DNA of 64,000 nucleotides, from assembly GCF_009914755.1 (NCBI RefSeq), contig NC_060936.1. One strand, 5' to 3'. The position numbers and the translations under genes were made by a program. Below are positions 45,753 to 64,000 of this stretch, piece by piece; positions within the stretch are counted from its first letter, which is position 1, and each line of letters opens with the position of its first letter. The notes under the pieces are model-generated. The model saw only the letters and a program-made list of their open reading frames with translations, had not been told where the DNA came from and ran no database searches. Source of the stretch: the human T2T-CHM13v2.0 reference genome, Homo sapiens.

Positions 45753-47690
45753 CTATCAAGTACTCAATGCCCACAAATATAAAAATGTAGATAAAACAGA
45801 ATAATTGTTTGAATAACAGAAACTACCAAGATTCGCTGATAAATTTGATAAAGAAATAGACAAAATAATCATATCTCCATTAAAGAAATATTAAGTTTTT
45901 ACATACAAACGTTTCCACAAGAAAAGTCGATTCCCAGAGTATTTGACCGAAAAATTCTGGTGTACTTTCAAAGAAATAATATAAACTCTATACAATGTCT
46001 TTCCAGAAAATAGAAGAGAAGAAAACATTCCTCAATTCATTTTATGAGATCAGCATAACCCAATACCCAAATCAGACATAGATATAGCAAGAAATAAAAA
46101 CTATAGAAAAATATTCATGAATATGGACACAAAGATTTTCAACAAAATATTAGCTGATAGAATCTTGCAGCATGTGCAATATGTTAAAAAGATAATATAT
46201 CATGACCAAGTGGGATTTTCCCAGTAATTCAAAGCTGATTCAACATAAAATATCAATCAATATGGTTTACAATATCAACAGAAAATATTACATAATCATC
46301 TCAATAGATGCAAAAAAGCATGTTATAAAATTTAATAGCCACTGATATAGACTAGGTATATAAATTTCATTAGCCTAATCAAGGACATCTAAAAAATCTC
46401 TACATTCTACATCAGACTTAATGATAAAAGAATAAATGCCTTGCCCCTGATAATGGGCAGCTACAAAGAAACAAAAAACAAGCAAACAAACAAAATAACC
46501 TATATACTACATTACAGTTAACAATTAAAGATGTAAGCCTTTCCCTTAAGATCATTGATGAGGCAAGGATGTCTGTTTTCACCTCTCCTATTTAATATCA
46601 TATTGATAGTCCTAGCCACTGCAATAAAGCAAGAAAAGAATAAATGGCCTACAGATTGGACAGGAGCAAATAAAATTATCTCTATTTACAGATAAATGAC
46701 CATCTACACAGAAAGTCTAAAGTAATCTAGTAAGACGCTCCTAAAACTAATAAATGAATTTAGCAAGGTTGCAAGATACAAGGTCAATATATAAAAATTA
46801 GTTGTATTTCTATATTCTAGCAACAAACAAGTGGAAACCAAAATTGGGTGGGGGGCGGGTAGCACCATTTAAAATAGCATCAGAAATACAAATAAATGAA
46901 ATATGTACACATTTAACAAGATATGTGCAAGATAAGTATGCTCAAAAATATTACACACTGATGAAAAAAGCCAAAGAGACCAAAACAAATGAAGAGATAA
47001 TGTGACCACAGATTGTGTTAATCAATATTGTTGAGTGCCACTTGTCTCAAAATTTATCTATAGATTTAAGGCAATTCTAAACAAAATCCCAGCAGGACTT
47101 TGTAGAGATATTAGCAAACTTATTCTAAAATTTGTATGGAAAGGCAAAGGACCTAGAATAGCCAAAACAATCTTGAAAAAGAAGAACAGAGTTGGAGGAT
47201 TCATATTATAATTACATAATTTCAAGACCAAAAATAAAGCTACATAGTGAAAACTGTGTGGTGTTGGTGAAAGGACAAATATAATAATGATGCAGAATAG
47301 GGAACCCATAAATAGATTCACAAAAATATAGGCAATGATTTTTTTTACAAAGACACAATGGAAGTTTAATGGAGCAAAAATAGTCATTTCAACAAATGGT
47401 GTTAACTCGAATGGATCATAAGCCTAAATGTAAAATATAATAGCATACAACTTTAGGATGAAAACAAAGGAGAAAATTTTTGTGACCTTGAGTTAGGCAA
47501 AGATTCCTTGGATATGATATCAAAAGCACAAGCCATTTTTTTAAAAAGTTGATGAAATCAATACCAGCAAAATTAAATTATTTCAGCCTCTGAAAAACAC
47601 TTTCAAAATGAACTGAAAGCCACAAACTGAGAAAAAAATGTTTACAACAAATTTTATTACTGACAAAGGGCTTGTATAAAGAGTAAAGAA

Positions 47691-54156
<6,466 letters not shown>

Positions 54157-56276
54157 AAAGAGTAAAGAAGTCTCAAAACTCAGCAGTAAGACAATTAAAA
54201 ACAGTTTAAAAAATAGGCAAAAGATTTTAAGACAGTTTAGCAAAATAATTATACAAATGGAAAATAAGCACATGAACAAATGCACATTATCATTATTCAT
54301 TATGAATAATTATTTAAAACTACAGGAAGTTATCACTAAACACCTATTAGAATAGCTTTATTTATTCATTTATTTACTTATTCATTTACTAAAAGCCATT
54401 AACAATACCAGATGCTGGTAAGGATGCAAAACAACTAAAACTCTCATACATGACTGATGGAAATGCAAAATGGCACAGTTACTTAAGACAACAGTTTGAC
54501 AGTTTCTCATATAGCTACACATTAATTACTATATGACTCAGCAATTCCATTCCCAGTTATTTATCAAAGACAAATACAAATTTATATTCACACAAAAACC
54601 TGTACATAGATGTTTATAGCACCTTAATTTATAACTGCCAGAAACTGGAAACAGCACAAATGCTCTTTAGCTTGTGGATGATAAACAAACTCTGGTCCAT
54701 CCATAAAAAGGAATATGATTCAGCAATTTTTAAAAATACTCAACTGGATACCAAGCAAAAATAAATCTCAAATACATCATGTTAGGTGAAAAAAACCATA
54801 GGCTACATGCTGTATGATTCCAATTATACAATATTTTGGAAAAGGCAGAACTACAGGGAGAGAGGATAGATCAGTGGTTGTCAGAGGTTGGGACTGGAGA
54901 GTGATTTGATGCCAAAGGGATATTGAGAAATGTTCTTTTCATGATGAAACTGTTATGTATCTTGATTGGGTGGTGGTGATCCTATGACTCTATGCATGTT
55001 TCACAATTCAAAGAACGGTACACTAAATAGTAAATTTTACTATATGTAAAATTAAAATATAATCAGACATACATTTCTAAATAAATTAAATTTTAATCTT
55101 GTTAGATTCTCTCTCCATGTAGTTTTTATCAACCCAGTGTGCTTTTGCCTTATATCTAGCCACAATTCTATGAGTATAGCATAAGTGGAAAACAGACTTT
55201 TATGGATAATCAGTAGTCTCCACCATATAAAGTTTAATTCTGCATGAAATCATTCTCTAGTACAAACCCTTTCTATATAGATCTGCAAATAAAATGATGT
55301 GAAGATTAAAAATTTTCAGGTTGCAGAACAAAAACATTGTGCCAATTCTGTCCTCTATGTAGAAGCTTGGTAAGACCATTGCAGGCTGTTTGATAAACTA
55401 TAAAGGGAAGAGAAAACCAACTGCAAGGGACTAGACAGAGGAAAAAAATGAAAGTACAAGGCAGGGTAAAAGAGAAGAATACAGTGTAAACAGAGAGGAG
55501 AGACAGGATTAGAAAGGGAAGAAAAGATAAATGGGGAATAAAATATGAAAAAAATAGACAGTGTATGAAATTTTTATATCTTTGTTATGTGGAATAATTT
55601 TTCATGGTTGTAGCTATAAAGCAAAACTGAAGTCAATTGGGAACTATGTGTTACTTTGTTTTGGTAAGTTAAATTAAGTTTCTCACACAATGAAACAAAT
55701 TACTAAAAGTCTCCCTCATTACAAAAATATTGCCAATTATTTCTCCTTAGTTCTAGCTTATAACATCACTGTCTATCTCAGAAAATGAAATTGTCTAAAT
55801 GTCCTTTTAAGAGTATCTCTGATGCTGGTTCTCACGTCCTTCAAATGTAGAAAAACTACTTTCTCCATAAATGTTAAGTTGCAAACAACATTGAAATCAA
55901 TTTATAAGCTAGATAAAGACTACCATAAAGTTTCCACAAAAGTACACTCACCTCATGCTGCTGATGTAAGCATTTAACATAAAAGGTTTATATATGCAGT
56001 TCTCTGGAACCTCTCTCTAAAAGTTAGCAATCCCTATCCATCCCAAACAACCAGAGAACAACCAGTCTGCAAATCTGAGCGCAGTCTGCTTTTCTGCTTT
56101 CTACTACACTTGGTGCCATTTTGGTCTCTCTCAAGGCCTTCAGCTTTGTGTTGAGAAGGGGACCCCTCTCCTCCCTCTCCATCAGCAATATCAAGGTCAG
56201 GGAAGCATTTTTAAAAGTTTCTGCTTAGGTCTGATTCTCCATACCACAGCATATATTTGAATTATGACATGCGTGT

Positions 56277-56485
56277 CAGTGATTTTCAACCAAGGAGATG
56301 TTGTTCTCAAGGTTTGGCAATGTCCAGAGACATTTTTGGCCATGATTACTGGGGGAAGGATGCTACTGGCATCTAACAGGTGGAGGCCGGGAATGCTGCT
56401 AAATTCTACAACACACAGGACAATCTTCCACAACAAAGAATTAATTAATTCAAAATATCAGTAGTGCCAAGGTTGGGAAACACTG
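56277..56485 (+). mobile_element. MER20
   Basis: cagtgattttcaacc...gctactggcatcta...gccaaggttgggaaacactg. Confidence 0.8.
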
Positions 56486-57657
56486 ATCTATATATATATA
56501 TATATTTCAACATCTACCTCTTTATCTGTATCTATTTTTAAACCAAGTAGTCGTTTGGGGTTTCTGGTAGTTTTTGTAATTAGGGATGTTTGGAGTTTTC
56601 AGGTAAGCATGTTTGGTTGGTTAAGAGACCACCCAGATTAATTAGCAGACTCACTGGAGACCTTGAATAATGTCTTCAGTAATACTGAGCATTGGGAATT
56701 TGATTCTGACTCAAGCTGCAGAACCCTGGTTTATGTAGCCACATAAACTCTGAAGAGGAACACTGTCTCTTTCAGAGTGGAAACTTCCACAGTTCTAACG
56801 TTTTCACTTCCTCCCTTCACAAGGGAAATAATAATATTCTTGTGAAACTTAAAAAATAATACCAAAAAGCGAGAGAAAAAAAGGAAACAAGCTTTAAGCA
56901 TGAAACACCAGCATAATTATACATGCAAATACTTGGATAATTACTACTTCTTTACCTGGCATTATAGTACATTAATAACATAATAGTAAACTGAATTTAC
57001 CCTTAAATGGATCCTTAGGCTCAAGTAATATTGTTCATCTCTAAAAGGCACTGGAAGTACAAAACAAGTTCACCCTGGTAAGTGGATAGATAATTTATAA
57101 TATAAAATAAATCCAATAAAATTCTTGATGTCTTCTTTAAAACTAAAAAAGTATTAAAATGCTTTTGTCACTCTGACAAAAGCATTCAAATGGGGGATAA
57201 ATGAGAGTGAAGCAGAAAACTTTAGTTTGCAAGTTCCAATTTCCTCTGTAAGAGTCAAAAGATAAGGTTAGCTTTTGAGGCATCCTATCAATACTTTAGA
57301 AACCAGTGTTGGTTAAGTATAATGAAAAAAAATTAATCATTGTGTTGTTTTATGTGCATTTACAATTTTGTTTATTTTTAAAAAATTTCTATGGGTACAT
57401 TTATGGACATATTTAAGAGTCTTTACAACACGAAAAAAATTCACTCTATTGGACTTATAGAAATATTAAGAATAAAATCTATGTTTAAATATTTCAAAAT
57501 TTTAATTGGCTACATTAATAAGTTTTTATTTATAGTTGCATAAGGAGTTTGTGAATATTTGGAAATACCTAGATTAAAGATTAAACAGACATTACTTGAC
57601 ATACAAATAAAAGTAAGGGGATAAAGTCCTCCGTAAAACTATAAGTTTTACAAAATA

Positions 57658-57948
57658 TAGCGACAGCCAAGTAAAAACGGGTTCTGGAAGAATCTCCCAC
57701 CAGCCTGCACAGTGGGAGGACAGGGCGGGACCTCGGGAAGTTCGCGTTGTTTGCAGCGGGGAGGATCCCGGCCTCTCCTGTCCCTGGGATTCAATCTGTG
57801 AGATGAAGGCCTGTTAACAGGAACGCCTCTCGCTTTGCTGATTTTTTTTTTTCTTTCACCCAATAAATTCCACTCCTCGCCCTTCTGTGTGTCCACGAGC
57901 CTAATTTTTCCTAGTCATGTGACAACAGCCCGTTTTTTTCCTACAACA
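57658..57948 (+). mobile_element. MER61-family (ERV1) solo LTR
   Basis: gacagccaagt...ggaagttcgcgttgtttgcagcggggagga...caataaattc...ctacaaca. Confidence 0.75.
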
Positions 57949-58109
57949 GTATCATTTGGTGTCTGCCCCTGATTTAGGTCACTCTAATTATAATGTCATA
58001 AGAAAAAAGCAGGCCCACAGAAAGAACGCCTTGGTCAGAGAAGACCACATTGCTCCATTATAAAATCCTTCTCCCCCTGCATCAAAACTCATGTTTAAGA
58101 GTCCATATT

Positions 58110-58330
58110 TGAGAACCAGACTTCCTGGGTTTAATTTCTGTGGTTCTACCACTTAATAGTGGTATCATCTTAGGCAAATATTAAATGTGTTGAACCATTC
58201 TCTGACTCAGTTTATTCATTTATAAATGATAATAACAATAGAACCTGCCCTATAGGGTTGCTATGAGGATTGAATGAGGTAACATTTTTAAAGAACGTGG
58301 CATAATGAATGGAAGATGGGTAGCATTATT
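58110..58330 (+). mobile_element. MIR
   Basis: gactcagtttattcatttataaatgataataacaatagaacctgccctatagggttgctatgaggattgaatgag. Confidence 0.7.
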
Positions 58331-58778
58331 ATATATTACTCTCTTAGCACTGAAACCATTCTCCCTATTCCCTATGATAGGCAGGGCTGTTACTTTTTTA
58401 ACATGTTATATATCCAATCCTGAAAATCAGAACGGAAACTAGCGAAAAGCTTTCAAAATTTATCCTTGACTTCAACAAACTGTGACAGAAATATAAAGTT
58501 ACTTTTACTAAAGCGTTCTGTTAACTCATGTCATAAATACAAAAAAAAAAAAGTACAGGGTTGAAAATAAAACCTAAGATATATCATTGAGTTCTGATTA
58601 AAAACACTCAACAAATCAGACTGAGATAACATTTAGAATAAAGGAGACATAGAGACCTTCACGGGGATGGTGACAAAGACGTGGGGATGGTTGACATTTG
58701 CTGGAATGCTTACTGTACACCACACACTCTTCTGAGTACCTGACATATGATGGCTCAAACTGGTCCTCAGCATCGTTG

Positions 58779-59263
58779 TGAGAGGTGACAGCATGCTGGC
58801 AGCCCTGGCAGCCCTCGCTCGCTCTAGGCGCCTCCTCGGCCTCGGCGCCCCCTTGGCCTCGGCGCCCACTCTGGCTGCGCTTGAGGAGCCCTTCAGCCCG
58901 CCGCTGCACTGTGGGAGCCCCTTCCTGGGATGGCCGAGGCCGGAGCCGGCTCCCTCAGCCTGCGGGGAGGTGTGGAAGGAGAGGCACGGCTGGGAACCGC
59001 GGCTGCGCGCTGCGCTTGCGGGTCAGCTAGAGTTCCGGGTGGGCGTGGGCTTGGCGGGCCCCGCCCTCGGAGTGGCCGGCCGGCCCCGCCGGCCCCCCAG
59101 GCAGTGAGGGGCTTAGCACCCTGGCCAGCAGCTGCGGAGGGTGCTACGGGTCCCCCAGCAGTGCCGGCTCACCGGCGCTGCGCTCGATTTCTCGCCGGGC
59201 CTTAGCTGCCTCCCCGCGGGGCAGGGCTCGGGACCTGCAGCCCGCCATGCCTGAGCCTTCCCC
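58779..59263 (+). mobile_element. LTR12 (ERV9; 12C/D/E-like) 5' portion, 3'-truncated
   Basis: Starts TGAGAGGTGACAGCATGCTGGCAGCCC; GC/CpG-rich U3; stops abruptly after gccatgcctgagccttcccc. Confidence 0.9.
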
Positions 59264-60727
59264 AAGGTGTCTACATGCTGGAGGGGGAGGAAAATGCATC
59301 AGGTCACACCAGACAATCTGGATCAAAAAGGCATACTTCCTCCTACCATGAAAAAATAGCCTCTCCACTTTAAAATATTAAATGAAAAATACATGTTGTA
59401 TATGTGAAAGTTATAGAAAAGGGCTAATTATAAAAAAATAGTTTAGTGCCAATACTGGTTCATAAATCCTTATTTTTAACTAATGCTGTTAAAATGCATA
59501 CCAAAATCTTTCTTCTTAGTGACAATCCTGGCCTGAATCACTGAAATTTATACAAACAAATTACATTCAAAGAAAAATCTGTGTTTAAAGACAGGGCCTT
59601 AAAAATGTTTCTCTAGTTGAACTAGATATTCAATAGATTCATAAAACTTTCATTGCCAAAGCGTACAAAACATTTATTTTTAAAAGCTCTGCCTCTATAT
59701 TATCTATGCCAAGTAAAATAGAATTTTATTTGGATTAAATGTCTTTGAGACATTTATAAGGCTCACTATTTGCAGGGAGGTCTATTTTACTAAATTAAAA
59801 AATGTCACTGAGACAAAGCAATTAAGTGTTAAATAACTTACTTTCCTATTTCAGACATAAATCTGTGTAGGTAGAGATGGTCTTGATAAACTATGATAGA
59901 AGCAATCTGGCATCATACCTAGATGTCACCAACATTTTAAGCAATGGAAAAAAAATAACATGGCTTAGGATCATTTGAGACCTTGGCTGGAGGCCACAGC
60001 TTCTGTGGCTTCTGAATTGTTTAGGAAAGAAGCTGAGGTTTGGTTGTTCCTTTTTTGCATTCTTTCATGAAAGGAGAGAGATATATCCAAGGGATGAAAT
60101 TAATAAAAGAAAAAAAAATCTGTTATCAGAGTTGGTCAACAGGCATCACAAGCTCGGATTCCAAGAGCCTGGAAAAACAAGTGAGAGGCGAGAGGTTGGT
60201 TCTCAAACTAAGAGCTGATGTGAGGTGCCTGACTTTCAGCAAGCCGGTAGACTTCCCCAGTACCTATCCTGCACATGCAGAGACCCTGACCACAGCCAAG
60301 CAGACAAAGCCAATTTAAAAACAGAATGTCAGAGAAAAACTGGAGAAGCAAAGCAATGCCTAAGAGTGGGAGAGGCAGAAGCAGGCTTGAATGAGTAATC
60401 GTGACTAGCTTCATGGAGAAGTAGATAATCTCTGCCCCAGAGAGATAAAGGGTAAAGCTATAGACATTCCCCTCTCACCTAGAAAGACAAAGTGGCCTTT
60501 CTGGAAATTGATGGTATGAAACCTAGATGTGAGATCACTTAAACCTTATGTAGTGTTATCTTAGGTAGTGTTATGTAGTGCATATATGTGCTGTTTAGAC
60601 TTGCAAAATAAGAATCTAATACCTACTGGCTCCAAACAAATAGTTAATTTAGGGGAGTTAAGCTCCAGGGAATCACATGTATAGTGATAGCCCTACAAAG
60701 CCCAAGCAATGTAAAAAAAAAAAAAAA

Positions 60728-61036
60728 TTTTTTTTTTTTTTTTTGAGACAGAGTGTCACTCTTTCACCAGGATGGAGTACAGTGGCATGATCTCGGCTCA
60801 CTGCAACCAGGAAAGATTAGGCTTGGGGACACACAGAAGGGCGAGGAGTGCGTTCAAGCAATTCTCCTGCCTCAGCCTCCCAAGTAGCTGGGACTACAGG
60901 TGTGCGCCACCACGCCCAGCTAATTTTTGTATTTTTAGTAGAGACAGGGTTTCACCATGTTGGCCAGGATAGTCTCGATCTCTTGATCTCGTGATCCTCT
61001 CAACTCGGCCTCCCGAAGGGCTGGAATTACAGGGGT
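60728..61036 (-). mobile_element. AluS-like, antisense, with a 42-bp foreign insert
   Basis: T-tail, gagacagagtgtcactc...gagccactg; aaaaatttttt duplicated at both ends. Confidence 0.9.
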
Positions 61037-64000
61037 GAGCCACTGAAACCAGCCGGAAAAATTTTTTTGTGACTTTCATTTCTGGAACTCAGTCTGGCTG
61101 CATTTCTGGACCATCACTCCAGCTGAGAACAACCATAAATGCTGAACACATTTAAATGTTGTTGTATCATTTTAAAGGCCTTGAAGAGAAGAGATGACAA
61201 GCAATTACTGGGCCTAAATCTAGGAGAAGGCAGAAACCCAGAGAGGAAAACAAAGCTCCGAAGCTAATTTTGCTCTGAGAGTGTTTGCTGAACCCTGCGG
61301 ACTTGTAATTTTGTTTTCACTGCTCGAGGGCTGTGGGACCACCATAGACAGGTAAGACAGAGACTGGCTTTGTGCTCACAGATCCTGTTTCTTTATTCTT
61401 GGCTTACAGGAAGATTGTATTTCCTATTGCTTCTTATAGTTATGTTGGAGACACATGTCTAGTTTAGTCAATAGAATAAGTACAGAACTTATGAATGTCA
61501 CTTCCACACCCAGCCCTTAAAGTCATCCTCAAGAGCTCAGTTTCCTTTGCCAAATATTAACAACTTCTTGACAGATGCCTTGGAGGGGACACACCTAAGA
61601 GAGTCATTTGACCTATGTCTGACTATGACATGAATGAAATAATACATTTTTATTTTTTTAAGCCACCAAGATTTTGGCTACAGAAGCTGGTGAGGATTAT
61701 GCTGACAAGTTCCAGGGACTGCAAAGAAGCCCTTTGGAAAGACTTGTAAACAGGAATATATATATTAATATATATTTTTAAAGTTTTCATGATGAAATAT
61801 TTTAGACTTACAAATGAATAGCAAAAATAGTACGAAGAGTTCCTGTACACTCTTCACCCAACTTCTCCAAATGTTTAATCTTACATAATTGAGTAAAATG
61901 ATCAAAATCAAGAAAATAACACTAGTAAATGCCACTAATTCATCTATAAACTGTATTTAAATTTTGTCAACTGTCCCTATGTGCCCCTTTTCCTGGATCA
62001 GGATGCTATCAAAGATCACACAATGCATTTATTTATCTTCTTACTCTTTAATCTGGGATAGTTTCTTAATCTTTCTTTATCTTTTGTGACCTTCACAATT
62101 CTGAAGAGTGTGTGCCCATAGTTTTGTAGAGTGTCCCTCACTTTGGATTTGTCCGATGTTTCTTTTTGATTAAATCAGGTTATATATGTTGGCCTCATGA
62201 CTGCAAAAAAAAAAAAAAAAAGAAACCCTCAGCCTCAAAAATGTAAAAAATAATATCAACCCACCAACCCACTCTATAGGCCCAACCACAGACCACAACG
62301 AATGTTATCTTAGTTGAACAGAAAAGGGGAGAAGTGGAGAGACACTTGAAAAACCATAAACAGAAGTAAGTGAACACATGGATGACTAAATCATGATCAC
62401 ATTTGCTGGACTGTGTAAAAAAAAAAAAAATTCCAATTGAGAATTCAGTTTAAAATTGTATCCGATTATAGTATAGCCTAGAGTCCAGCAAATGCAAAAA
62501 CAAATCGTTTTTGTAGGGATTCGTCTTTATCCCAGGCATCAAAGAACTTTCACAAATAGTTTTAGAGGGAAAATGCATGGATCACAACCCAAAACCACTG
62601 AAAACAGCAGGCAACAAAGCAGCATGAGCAAAAATAGCAGAAATAGCAGGCAGCAGGAATAGACATGAAAAGAGATGATATATTGGAATTGACAGAAATA
62701 TAATTCCATACTTGCTATGCCTAAAAAATAAAAGACTAATTTGGAAGTATCTATAGGAATCAGAAAACTATAAAGAATGACCAGCAGATTTGAAAATGGT
62801 ACAAATAAAACTTATCCTGTTGAAGAATGTAATACCAAATTTCATAAATATAACATGCATTTATTTTCTGACTATTACTTCCTTTCAGCTGAAAGGCCAC
62901 AATCTATGGCAATATTGATTCAAAGAAACATGGTCATTGAAATAAAAAGTCATTGGAAAGTTTTAATAGCACATGAGACAAAGTTAAAAGGACAATTGGT
63001 GAGATGTAAAATGAGTCAGAGGGAACCAACCATCCAGAAAGATGCACAATGAGAAAAATAAATGAAAAATGTGTTTTTTGAACAATTTTGAAACATGGAG
63101 GAGAAAGCACTTCCAAAATTACGGAATAAAGATCTATAATCTTTATTTTTAAGAATGCTGGAAATTGATGGCTTGCCACAATCCAGGAGCATTTATTAAA
63201 GAAAAACAGTTGAATTTTAGTTATAATATTACAGTGAGCCCTGTGATGTTTTAACTTGCTCTGGTCTCATCTGCCTTCTCTAGTTCTCCAGTAGCCTTGA
63301 AAGCCAACAGCCTCAAAAATGTCATAGCTGTGAAAACCACAACCTAGCATCCCTGGAGGGGACAGAACAGGTTTGGACCACCCCAAAAACTCCATACTCA
63401 GAGAATTGTCAGTATTTGACCAGTCTGTAAGCTCCCTGAAAAGTTTCTTTCTCAGAGCTTGGTCTGTGTAACTACCTTAGGCTATTGTCTTAAAAACACT
63501 CAACAGTAGTTATTTAACACTACAGTTGCATGAAGCAGTGATAAAAGTTGGGGATAGTAACAAGAAGCTACCACGAAATTCAAAAGGAAGAGTGGGGAAT
63601 GAGATGTCCGTGGGGTCATTGAAAAGCTCTGACAAATTTCTGGGAATCTAGAAGGCAACGTGCATGTGCCAAGGAAGACCTGACAAGGCCCTGATCTCTT
63701 ACCTTTGGCAGATCTTAAGGCTCTGTGCAAGCAAGAAGAGAAGGTTAAGGCAGAGTTGTGAACTACTTGCTTGCTAAGGACTGACAACATGTTCCAACAC
63801 ACTCTGAGAGATTCTTAGCAAAGACTGGTGTACTTACTGGTTTAAGACATTTGAGGAAATAGTGTTGAATTATTACCTGATTGGTAAGTTAACATAAAAG
63901 AGATTTTAGAGACTACACACTACAAAGAATACAGAGTTCAAAAAATTGGTCCAGGAAAGTCACTATACGACCAAACAAACAACAGCAATAACAACATCAA

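Noticed and set aside
57658-57948. p53 response element in MER61
   Set aside because: The family is known for p53 sites, but no convincing RRRCWWGYYY pair was seen in this copy.
60713-60744. A15-T17 hairpin
   Set aside because: Explained by an antisense Alu tail inserted next to an A-run target site.

Overview
Primate (most likely human) genomic DNA containing the 5' end of ST8SIA1 (GD3 synthase, alpha-2,8-sialyltransferase 1) on the minus strand. Coding exon 1 lies at 16025-16260 inside a CpG island. About 16 kb of intron 1 lies to the left and about 47 kb of repeat-dense upstream DNA to the right. No other host protein-coding exon is supported; nearly all other ORFs are L1 remnants or low-complexity artefacts. 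The most notable structures are in the repeats. (1) An L1PA copy at 23820-29405 was retrotransposed from a spliced RNA (5'UTR donor joined to the ORF1 acceptor) and also carries a ~450-bp 3' transduction inside one TSD pair. (2) Several locally templated insertions/template-switch scars recur: a 42-bp inverted copy of a MER61 LTR inside an Alu 3 kb away, a 309-bp LTR+flank duplicate 8 kb away, iterative snap-back inserts in L1 ORF2, and a 1-kb minisatellite bracketed by a perfect 37-bp inverted repeat. Repeat subfamily names are recalled from consensus sequences and were not checked with RepeatMasker.
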